From Vicugna vicugna (lineage: Eukaryota), in NCBI GenBank assembly GCA_013265495.1, contig MU058241.1, forward strand, positions 1,055,249 through 1,119,248: DNA of 64,000 nt, written 5' to 3'. Position 1 is the first letter of the stretch. Every line of letters starts with the position of its first letter. The notes beneath the pieces are model-generated. The model was not told the DNA's origin and made no database searches. It worked only from the letters and a program-made list of their open reading frames with translations. Positions 26,965 to 38,260 of the stretch are shown here, piece by piece. The translations under genes were made by a program, and so were the position numbers.

Positions 26965-27170
26965 TATTTATAAATTTCTGCTCTTCAAAAGAAATCACTT
27001 TAAAAATGAGTAAGCAAGATACAAAGTAGTACAAAATATTTGTAACACAGTGCCTAAAAAGGGGCACATATCTAGAGTATCTGAAGAACTCTTACAATAA
27101 CAAGACAAACAAATTTTTTTTTAATGGACAAAGATCAGAAAAGACACTTCAGTAATTTAAAACCCACAGT
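26965..27170 (+). mobile_element. Old L1M ORF2 fragment
   Basis: 'aaaatatttgtaacaca...atatctagagtatctgaagaactcttacaa...aatggacaaagatcagaaaagacacttca'. Confidence 0.7.
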
Positions 27171-27171
27171 G

Positions 27172-27870
27172 AGAATGTAGTTTGCTGCGGCCATTATGTA
27201 AAACAGTATGGAGATTCCTCAAAAAATGAAAAATACACTTACCCTATGATCTAGTAATCCCACTCCTGGGCATATAATCAGAGATAACGCTAATTCTAAA
27301 AGATACATGCACCCCACCCCGATGTTCATAGCAGCACTATTTACAATAGCCAAGACATGGAAACAACCTAAATGTCCACTGACAGATGATCGGATAAAGA
27401 AGCTGTGGTATATTTATACAGTGGAATACTACTCAGCCATAAAAAAGAATAAAATATTGCCATTTGCAGTAACATGGATGGACCTGAAGATTGTCATTCT
27501 AAGTGAAGTAAGCCAGAAAGAGAAAGAAGAATACCATATGATAACACTTATACGTGGAATCTAAAGAAAAGCCAAACTTATTTACAAAACAGAAACAGAT
27601 TCACAGACAGAAAACAAACCATGTTACCATGGGGGAAAGAGGTGGGAAGGGATAAATTGGGAGATTGAGATTTGCAGATACTAACTAATATATATAAAAT
27701 AAACAGCAAGTTTATACTATATAGCACAGGGAACTATATTCAATATCTTATAGTAACTTATGGTGAAAAAGAATATGAAAACAAATATACGTATATTCAT
27801 GTATGACTGAAGCATTAAGCTGTACATTAGAAATTGACACACATTGTAAAACGACTTACTTCTATAAAAA
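27172..27870 (+). mobile_element. Lineage-specific LINE-1 3' end
   Basis: ORF2 C-terminal peptide [20 protein letters not shown]...[20 protein letters not shown] followed by 3'UTR. Confidence 0.95.
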
Positions 27871-27933
27871 ATATATATATATGTGTGTATGTACATATAT
27901 ATATACACACATACATATATATATATATATATA
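27871..27933. repeat. Compound (TA)n/(TG)/(CA) microsatellite in L1 tail
   Basis: Read directly from the sequence. Confidence 0.9.
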
Positions 27934-29989
27934 AACCACCACAACTTTATCCTGAAGTGTCACTGGTATCCAATGGACACTTTTAAGGTAGAGGTCCTCT
28001 TGACTGTGATGGTTATCAACTAATTAACACACTTCACTACTCACCAAAAATCATAGAGAGATTTGAAAATAAACCAAAGAAGGCGAGAACACCTACAAGA
28101 GACTTTTGATGACCTATCGAACCTTGGGCCAAAACTAACACCCATCATATGCTGAATTCTCTACCTGAAACACTGCCTGGCAGAATCTCCCCTGCTCGTG
28201 TTCATAAAAATGAAGAGTAACACTTTGCAAGATCCTTCAATCTCAGAAACGCCTTTTACTGTGTGGGACTCTGCTGCCTGGTTTACATAACAGTTAAGGG
28301 GCCTTTGGTGCCAAAGTTACACGGACTGAACCAAACCCTTCCCGGGTGCAGCACAGACCTGAAGACGCTGAGCTCTACCACTTTGCACCCAGGCCATCAG
28401 TTCACCTCAGTATTACCCGGTAAACTGTCTGCGTGCTGATGACCTTGATGAACTCTGACAGTTTCAAAGTCATATTCTGAAATGATTGCTTTTGTCCAAA
28501 GTACGTCTCTAAAGGATGGTGAAAGGGAGGCTTTCTTCCTTCCAAATCAGCTCTGGTCCTGGGTTCAGATGGTCAGTGTGTTATTTACCCAAGGGAATCC
28601 AAGGGAAAATAGCTTTGCAAGTTTTCTCCAAATAACCTTTTCTCAAAAATTGTCTGAATCCATTCTCTTCATGAATTTGGAGAGTAAGAATTCAGGTAAC
28701 AAGAATTTGGGTAGGGAAGGACAATTTATATACTACCTAGCTCATATACATTTGCTATATTTACTGTAATGTCCCCCCCAGTTTTTCCATAAAGCTTTGT
28801 ATGTGTGGTGATAATGGAGCCATCAGGGCAGACGTGAAAGAGACCATCATAGCTCCTTCCTTTTTCAACAATCTGTTCAACTCTGTTGATTCATATTGAG
28901 TGTACTCAGCATTCTTTTATTCAGTTACATATATGCACATAATTTATAATAATTACATAAAATACATAAACATAAATATTTATATATTTACATACAGACA
29001 TATAAATATATAAACATAAACACAAAATGTTTATAAATACTATATATATATATGCATCTTATAAAGAAAAGATTTAAATTGTGTTATGCAGAAGCTCCTG
29101 CAAACAACTCTAACGGAGTCACAAGGACTGACATCTGAGTTCAGCGGATGGGTGAGACTGTGAACGGTAAGGCAAAAGCAATGGGGAGGGAGGGCAGCAG
29201 GACCAGATTCCGGGGAGGGTGCACAGGCACCTGCTAACCCCTGAAGGCACACAGTGTCCGAGCTTGTGCTGGGCGTGGTAGGGAAGCAGAGGTTCACGAC
29301 TAGCTGAGTCCAGGGGAACGGCGGACTCACTCCCAGCAGAGTCCCGGTCTTACGACCAGGCTGCTCACCTGCTGATTCTGACCAGCTGTCAGGGAGGCCA
29401 CTGTCCCACACATCACATCCCGTCGTCAGGGTCCTCCCCCTCACTATCTTGCAATGACTCAGCCCCCTGGACCCACGTTCCACAGACTCTCACGTCCACT
29501 AATCACAGGAGGTGTCCAAGCACATACGTCATGAAGAAGGGACACTGAGATAGAAAGGAGGGCAAGGGGCAGAGAGGCACAGACTCAGGAAGACACAGAG
29601 AAGGAGAGGCGACTTTCGGGTCTGCAAGAGGGACTGCATGTGCCCAGGTGGTGGGTGGAAAAGAGAATGGACACAAAGTTGGGAAGCAAGGAGAGAAGAA
29701 GGAACGTGCTCACCATCCAGGACCTGGAACTCCAATACCTACTTCCTTACTCACACATTAAAATACCCAGATTTTTAGAAAAATACACATCCGAACACAA
29801 GATTCACACCCCAAGTCAAAGAAGTTTCCAGAAACTTCTCTGGAAACCTATTCACAACCCCAAGCCACAGAATACTCCAGAAATGTCTTTGGGACTCATA
29901 GAAGAGACAAGTCCTGGATGTCTAAAGTAAACCTATTTCAAAAGGGTGTTACATGTGGAAACAGTCTTACCCAAGGGAGAGGACGAGAT

Positions 29990-30420
29990 GCTGCGAGCAC
30001 CCAGCCACCTTCCTCCTCACCTTTACCTGGAGGGCCGCATACTACTACCTGAACTTCCCTGCCTGAGGGCTCGCGCTCCCTGTCAGAGCCCACTTTACCT
30101 GCCTGGACCTGCTGAGGGATTCACACACCCCAGAGCAGCTCCGACCAGGGACCGATAGGGTTACATCTGTGTAAAATGCTCCACCTTCCTTTGCCCTCGG
30201 TGCGGATAATCCTGCAGTATCTTCCATTCTCCCTTCCAGAATCCCCAGGGGAATGAAGCTGCAGTCACCCACTGGGTGCCCCGAGTCACAGCACCCTAAT
30301 TGCTGGCCTCCTTCCCTTGTCTCAGCCCCCAGGCCCCCACCACCCACTGTTCCTCTGGACCACCCCCCTAAGTAAACTAATGCATGGGAATCTTTGTCTC
30401 AGGGGGACGAGCACTCAAAC
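29990..30420 (+). mobile_element. ERVL LTR16-like solo LTR
   Basis: 'ccccagagcagc...cagggaccgatag', 'ccttcctttgccctcggtgcggataatcctg' and 'agtaaactaatgcatgggaatctttgtctcagg'. Confidence 0.65.
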
Positions 30421-30451
30421 AGGAAGTTGCTTTAAAGAAGGTAACACGTGC

Positions 30452-30645
30452 TTTTAAAAAAATCTATTCTTACATATAGTGACTAACATCTTTCTGTACA
30501 GGAAACTATATTCAATATCTTGTAATGATCTTTACTGAAAAAGAATATGAAAATGAATATATGTATGTATATGCATGACTGGGACACTGTGCTGGACACC
30601 AGAAGTTGACACATTACAACTGACTGTATTTCAATTGAAAAAAAA
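30452..30645 (+). mobile_element. Very short 5'-inverted LINE-1 3'UTR insertion
   Basis: 30452-30490 is inverted L1 3'UTR and 30491-30645 is sense 3'UTR plus A tail. TSD aaggtaacac(g/a)tgc at 30438-30451 and 30646-30659. Confidence 0.9.
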
Positions 30646-31399
30646 AAGGTAACACATGCATTTGAAAAGAAGGAGATCTCTTTCAGAAGACAAAGAGATA
30701 TAACAACACAGATCCTGGAAACAGAAGAATAAAGACTTTCTTAGCTATGGTTTTGCATAGAATGTATGACTTCAAGTTCTGATAGTTAAGGAGAGAATGA
30801 TTTAATGTGTTATCAATCTGCATATGTGTGTGTATATGTGTTTGTGTGTGTCTGTTGTTTCCCCAACAAGATCCACAATGATCAACAGACACAAACCTTA
30901 ATTAGTAAATAAGAAAACAAGAAAGTAATAAAGCCAAGGGAGGGTGGAGAATTCTGTAGACAGCACAAAGGTCAGATCCTTGGAGACAGAGACAGAGAGA
31001 CAGAGAGAAGAACTTCACTTCTCATTACTTTGGAAATCGGATAAAAAGGAGGAGGAAACAGAAATGACAATGACTAGTTGTCCTAGGAGGTGACTGAGAA
31101 CAAAGGTTTTGGGTTTGCTTAGGGACGGAATTAGTCCCATGAAGTCCCATGAAGACTGGAAATTGTGGTTGCTGGAAAAGTGCAAGCATACAAATGGAAA
31201 ATAGACAGCAGAGATGAATGCTCTGAAAGACAAAATATACCAGGTAATGGAGATGCCTGTGTTCAGCCTGTAGCAAAAGGGAGAAAAGGAAAGGAGGAAA
31301 CTCAGGCAAGTTCACAGGACTTGATCTGAATGAAGATGAGCAAGAAAAGAAATAGAACAGGCAACATGGAGACTGTGATCAGAGAGAAGCCAGTCTGAT

Positions 31400-31935
31400 T
31401 CTGTAATTAAGTGGGATCCTACAGCCCCCGGGAGAGGCTCGTGCAATCCTGAGACAAGGAGATCACCTAAGGTTACCCAGGTGGGCCCACTATAATCACA
31501 AGGGGCTTTGTAAGAGGGAGACAGGAAGGTCAGTCAGAGGGGGCCTGTAGGGCAGGAACCATGGGTCAGAGTGACCACAAGCCGAGGAGTGCAGGTGGCC
31601 TCTAGAAGCTGGTGAAGACAAGAAAACAGGTTCACCAGTGGGCAGGTGTAGCTCAGTGGTGGAGCACAGGCTTAGGATACAGCAGGTCCTGGGTTCAACC
31701 CCCCTTCCCTCCATTAAAAATTTAAAAATTTTTTAATTAAAAAAAATTTTTTTTTAAATGAAAGCAGGTTCACCTCTGGAGACTCCAGAAGGAAGCAGCC
31801 CTGTGGACACACTGATTTTGGCCTGTAAGACCCATGTTGGACTTCTGATCTCAGGATCGGTCAGATAACAAACTTGAGCTGATTTAACTGCTAAGTTTGT
31901 GATAATTTGTTACAGTAACAGTAGGAAACACAGCA
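31400..31935 (+). mobile_element. MaLR solo LTR (MLT1D-like), split by a SINE
   Basis: 'ccaggtgggcccactataatcacaagggg', 'gcaggtggcctctagaagctgg' and 'ctaagtttgtgataatttgttacagtaacagtaggaaac'. Confidence 0.85.
31637..31759 (+). mobile_element. tRNA-derived SINE (Vic-1-like) nested in MLT1
   Basis: 'gtgtagctcagtggtggagcacaggcttagg...ggtcctgggttcaacccc'. 15-bp TSD gaaa(a/g)caggttcacc at 31622-31636 and 31760-31774. Confidence 0.9.
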
Positions 31936-32029
31936 GCAACAGCACACCAGCGAAGCGGATGTCTCTGGGGACGTTGAGGGTTAGGAATGGACTCACGCGA
32001 CAGGTCGCGGACTCGGGGAAGACAGCTCT

Positions 32030-32430
32030 CCTGCCCATCCTCCGCGACTGCCCTCTTTTCACCACCCGCCTTCATGCCCACTGCTGCGGAATGAGCGACC
32101 GCACACTGCACAGCTTACGGCAAACCTCATTGACTAGCTCATCGCCCCCTAGGCTGTGTTCACATCTGGCTACTGTGAATAATGCTGCCATGAACGCCAG
32201 GACGCAGTTACCTCCCCGGAATCCTGAGTCCGAGTCCTTTCAGTAAATGCCCAGAAGTGGGATTTCTGGATTGTTCGGTGGCTCTGTTTCTAACTTTCTG
32301 AGGAGCTTCCATCCGGTTCTCCACAGTGGCTGCACCAGTCTACGTTCCCACCAGCAGTGTAGGGGGCTCCCTTTTCTCCTCACCCTTGCCAACCGAATTT
32401 CCCTCCTCTCTGCAATCTTGGCAGAGGTCT
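32030..32430 (-). mobile_element. L1 (L1MA/MB-like) ORF2 3' fragment, GC-shifted
   Basis: 'tggctactgtgaataatgctgccatgaac', 'aaatgcccagaagtgggatttctggat' and 'ttcccaccagcagtgtagg'. Confidence 0.85.
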
Positions 32431-35400
32431 GATTTTTCTTTTTTAAACCCAGAGGAGGTAGGCTGAAATTATTTCGTTATGGTTTTTGAGTTTATACATT
32501 TTAAGAGATCATCTATTTTTCAAAGTAATTATTTTATGGATAGTTAAAAATGTGTTCCTGAGCCGTGTTAATCCTTGAACTCATGCTTACGAAATACTGT
32601 GATTTTCTTTGATTGATATTTAACTGACTCCAAAAAAGGATGGCTGATGAACAGGCCAAAGTTAGAGCTGATGCTGACTTGTGCAGAAATGGAACCCGGT
32701 GGGTCACAGATTCATTCCTCAACTTGGTCCTTTCTCAGCATTTTTGGTCACCTGGTGACCAAAATGATATGAGTGCTCCAAAGGACGTGATTTGGGGAGA
32801 AAAAAAAAAATCAGTGAGTTAGAAAAGGAAGAGAATCTAATTTCAACCATTTGGAACAAGCTCTTAAGATCAACTTTTTTTTCTTTTTAAGTGCAAAGTC
32901 ACAAATATTCTTTCAACATGAATAGAAACTCAAAAATAACAACAAAAAGGGGAAAAAAAACCACCCTACCCTCCATTTTGCAACCCCATAATATATTCTA
33001 TATATTTTTAACTTGATTTTCTCAAATATTACTTTACTCACAGATATTAGTTTAACAGAATGGGGAAATATAGAAAGCCTTGAATGTATGATTTTTAAAA
33101 ATCCACAAATACTACATGTGGGAGAGCAGTATATAAAGTTACTTTAAAAAGTTACTTCACTATGAGTTCAATATAAATCAACAGTGTAATTACTGTCTCA
33201 AAGGCTAATGGAATTCTGACTTCATTAAGGAAACTACGAACGTGAGAAAAATAAATAATAGCTCCAGTCCATTCCTCCTCTGTAGAATACCCCGAGGGTG
33301 CTGTTCTCAGTTTAAGCCATTTGACACGGGTATTAACAATTTGGACAGATGTTCTAAAGGGTGAGCCTAACAGCTGGAGTAGGGGAAGCCCTCCCCTGGA
33401 AAAGAGGGTTGCAAAAGTGAAACAAAAACCTCGAGTGGAGACACAGTGACAATCCGCAAAGAACAGAAGTTGTTTCATTTAGAAAACGTTGAGAACTAAC
33501 TATTCAGTGTCGCGGGTAAGGACGGCCCAAGAGCTAAGGCGGCGGCATTCCAGAGAGCGCTTCTGTTCTGGGGCAAACAGAAACTTCCAATCTGTTCAGG
33601 GCTGGAAGGCTTGTCTCAGAAGGTAGTGAGCACATCCTTCTCTAACGAGGGTCTCTGAAATGGGTAGATGGTTGGATTGGAACAATTAAGTCCTTTCCAA
33701 ATATAACATTCTGTAATCTTTACTCTGACCATGTAGATTTCCAAAGATTAAACTTTAAACTTTTGTGCTGTTCTCTTTCCCGCTTCCAGCCACCCTCCCA
33801 CTTCAGACTGTGCAAAATGAGCACCCTAACTTAAGGGGCCAGGAGAATCCACGACTTTCCTACTTGCATAATGCTGTAATGTGTTGCTGTCACTCTCTGA
33901 AAATGTGAACACTGGAATAAGTAACTCTACTTTCATAATGTAAACATTTCCCTCTCTTCTAACGCACAGAAACAATGCTGAACTTTAACCAGGTAAAAGA
34001 AGAGATGTCGTAAAAGACAATGGAATTTTGTTTCCAATTTTGGCAAAACAACAAGTCTTTCCCGACTAAACGAAGGAGAAAGCATTTGGCCAATCCAATA
34101 TTTTCTAATTTTTATTTAAGACTCACTTTTCTATTCTACTTGGCTCTGCCGTAACCTATTGAAGCCAAGAACAATTAGAACACAAAGAGGGTTTTGAAAA
34201 TATTTGAACTTAATTCACAAAGTTAAAGATAACTGGACGTTATAGACTTAGAAGCCAAGCTATGAGTAAGAAGTAAAATATATGCCATAAAATGATTCCC
34301 TTGAAATTGCCCACTGTAACGACAATCATAAAAATTCCAAACTTCATGAAGCCAAATGCAACACTAAACACCTGACTAAAAGGCACCATATTAAACACAC
34401 CGTAACTTTTATTTTCATAATGCTGAGGTAAGGAATGTCAGCATTGAACAGTTCGAACGTTCCAAAGTTAATTTCCCTCGAAACGACTTAAATAGACACT
34501 CCTCCAACTGAACAAATGTTTGTGTGTTCCCTGTAAGCCCTCACGGAGGGTCTTCCCACCTGTTACTGGCATCAGATAGCATTAAGCCTACTGGGTGCTA
34601 TTCAAGGTAGTTGGGCTGGCACCCGAGAACAGGATAGGGGAGGTTACAAGCCAGGAAAGCAGCCGGTAGCATTGCTGGCTTTAGAAGTGATGCCCCAGGA
34701 TTACAGGCTGACAACCCAAGACATTGTGAAACCATTACAGGGTGTGTCTCTGAGACAGAGACGGAGATTGTTTTCGGCAAAGACAGGGAACTGACACACC
34801 AAACTCAACCCCGTCCTTCTGAGCACTCATCTTCAAGGCTTTACTCATTCAAATGTGCTTCCCTTCCCTCAGGCATTTTTGGATTCTTTTCCCTTTTACA
34901 ATGTCCTTATATTGGAACTACATCTCTTTAGAATAAAATCAGTGGCACACCTTTAATCTTTTGTGACGATTTAACTTGATGATGCAGGCAAAAATCTTTC
35001 TGGGCACAGAAAGGCTGGTAGATGTGAGGAAGTCATGACTGTTATATCAATTCTCAGTCAAAAACAAAAAATTAAGAAGAAATGTTTTCTTGAAATAACA
35101 CTTGAGAAAGCAGTCACAAGAGTTTCCAAAATCACAGTGTGAATATGTCTGTAAACTCACCCCAGGCAGCCTTGCAAATACCTGACAGAATGAGGAAGCA
35201 GTGTTTCCTAAATGCCAGTCTGAGAACTGACACCACTGACCTCATCCCTGCTGTCACGTGCGGGGCCTGCTCTGGAGCCTGGAGCCTGGGTCCCCGTGGG
35301 TGCCCCCTTGTCGGCCGGGATTGCGCCCACATCATCCCAGCAGGTTCTTAGGGGCTCCCGCTTCGCCAGCCAGATGCTTCTCAGGCTCTGCCCCGCACTG

Positions 35401-35744
35401 AGGATCCTCAGCCTGGGGCGTGCCAAGGCTCCTTTGATGCCTTTTCCAGTTCCCTTCCCCCCTTCCCCCGCAGCAAATGAGGGGATTAACCCTTGCAGTC
35501 CCCACGCTTCAGGAAGATTTAGTAAATGCCTCTTTGTGGAATTACATGGTGAGTCAAAGTCTCTCCTGAGGAAGCATTTACGATCTACAGAAACACCTCT
35601 GACGGACCACCTTTCCAACAAGGGATCTAAAAAGAGCACGTCCAGCTTTTCTTTCCATTTTCCAAACCTAATACAATCCCTGGCACTTTGCTGTAACCAA
35701 TACACCCTCTCTTGACGGAAAATTTTAATTAATTAAAGAAAGAA

Positions 35745-35777
35745 AGGATAGATGGATGGATGGATGGATGGACGGAC
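35745..35777. repeat. (GGAT)n microsatellite
   Basis: Read directly from the sequence. Confidence 0.9.
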
Positions 35778-37269
35778 CACTCACTCAATCAGTGGAGAAG
35801 TGGTTTGCTGTAGTTCTGGCTTTACCACTGGCCAGAAAACTCCTTTTTTTTTTTTTTTTACATCATTTCCCTCATTTGTTACTGGGACTTAACATGAAAA
35901 CCTGAGATTCTGCATTTCATTTGTCAGTTACTTTTTAAACTTACTTAATTTTATTGAGGACATATTTTTACCTAAAGACATGTTTTGCCTATACTGAGTT
36001 TAACCAGATCAGTGAGGCACCAAAACGGCCTCTCTCTCAAAGGTGATAAAATTAGTAGTCAACTCAACCTCCTATAGTAAACGTCTTAAAAACTTAAGTG
36101 AACGTTTTCTGAAGCAAACGTTCTCACAAATGTCCATCAACAGTGAACAAATTCCAGACCCCAGGCTGCAGGTCAATGATTTTCGGAACTACTGAAAAGT
36201 ATATTTCAATGCTACACAGATGCTCTCTGCTCTTTCCGTCAGACTTTCGACTCTGTGATGATGAAATTCAGAATAAAGATAGATTTCTCTTCACTTTGTA
36301 GCAGCACTTGTGTAACTATTTACCGACCTTCACCACGTCACTTTAAAAAGTGGAAGTCACTATCTCAAAGCAAGTGTACACATATCCCCTTTTATTTCCA
36401 GGGTTTTCTAATAACGGCTACTTGAAGCCCATAGCTACTGTTACAAGTTTAAACAAAGGATGAATTTAAATATTTTTAATTTAAAAATAAATTTAAAAAA
36501 AAATTTTAAAGAGGAACAATGTGGGGCTTATTAAGTTCTAGAAGCACTCCTAACCGACTGGTTCTGACCTGTAAGCTTCTTTAAAGTGGGGCTCATGTGT
36601 GATCAAGTTTTGAATCTTCCACAGCGTCCAGCACTCTTCTCTACACATATTAAGGGCGCAAAAGTACTTGATTTACCAATACAGCAGTGAATCTGGTTCT
36701 TACTCTTATTTTCAGATAGGACCATAAATAATCCATCCAACCATCAGCTCTGGGGTCAGCCCCACATTAACCAGCATTTGGCAAATACAATGTTTATACA
36801 GCGAGAAGGCTACGTAGTGGAAATGATGTAACATGGGGGTGTCTCCTGGTGGTCTAACTGATGACCACCGGAGAGGACAGAGCCTGGCTTCACGACAGCG
36901 AGCAGCAGATACTCGGGCATGACTGGGTACACTAAGAGCCAGGATTCAGGACTGGGATAAGGCTGGTCCTTCCATCCTCAGGAGTTAAGATGCTACCAGG
37001 ACAGAGACACGGACACAAAGTGATGACCTGGTGGCTAACGGCAAGCACAACCCAGTTCTGGATCCCAAGTGTAAACTCAAAGCAGGTCTGGATTCAATGC
37101 CCACTTTCTCTCCATGCCCCTCTCGACCTTGCCACCATCTCCGACCCCACCGTACAGGTGCACTGACTTAGCAGAACCTGTGGTCCCAGAAACTGTCATC
37201 CCACAGGATTTTCCCTGACAACCTGAGAGCCCTTCTCACCCCATCCTAACAAAACGCAATGCAGGTTCT

Positions 37270-38260
37270 GAACATTAAATCCAGTTTCCATTGTGTGCTC
37301 TCCCAATAATGTCCCCACCACTCCAAGACTCTGTCTGTCCCTGGTGCCTTCTGAATTCTCACTACTGAGGCTCCATCAGTGTGTTTGAGAGGCGTAAGTC
37401 TCCATGTCCTGTCCAGCCCAGGAATTCAACCATCCAGCAGATTTATCTAAGCTCTTGTCTTGGGTATTCAGCTACCATCTAGATTTATCCAAAGAAATGT
37501 CCTGCGAGCCCCAAGCGGGCACATCCCTAAACTAAGATTACTTTCTCCCACGTGACTGCTGTCCTTTTCCCCCTTCTCCAAGCCACTCAACTCAGAGTCC
37601 TGGACATCTCTCTCCTTTTCCTAAAGCCTCACTTTTACTTTCCTTAACATGCACGTTCAGCATCTCTTTGTGCTAATCCTACTGCTGCTTGTTAGCTCTG
37701 GTTCTCAAAATCTCCTTCCCAGATGGTGGCACTAGAGTCCTGAATATCCTCTCTCCCCTCACACACTAAGTTTATCCACACCGCCAACAGAGGGGGTCTC
37801 CAACACACAACCCCGACCCTGGAGCTGCCCGACCTAAACTCTCTAATGGCTCCCCAGGGTCAACTTGATAAGGTTGACAAAGCATGACATCCACGGCCCT
37901 CTGTTGCCCGTCCCAGCCCTCTCTTGCCCCTTACTCACTGATGCATGTGACAAACTGATGACTTCCATTTGCCCAGAGTCACAACTGGGTCATGGGTCCA
38001 AGCCATAGCTCCTATTGCTACCTGTACCAAAATTACTTTTTTCCCTCACTGCCCGGACTACGCTTTTCCAGTTCAAATGTCACCTGTTAAGACGCAGTTC
38101 AAATATTTCCACTGGGAAGCTGTTCCTAAGCACCTTCTCAACAGTCTCACGGAAGCCACCTCTCTGTTCTTTGCTGGAGCTCAGAGGGCACATCCACTGA
38201 GAGCCTTGAGCAGGCCCAGGCCCTGGCCCACTAGGCACTCTGGGGAAGTTTGAAGGATAA
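37270..38260 (+). mobile_element. LINE-2 fragment
   Basis: Pyrimidine-rich L2 body ('ccaagccactcaactcagagtcctggacatctctctc', 'ctaaactctctaatggctcccca', 'cagttcaaatatttccactgggaagc'). Confidence 0.7.

Noticed and set aside
28925..29055. AT-rich quasi-repeat
   Set aside because: Ordinary low-complexity decayed (TA/CA) sequence.
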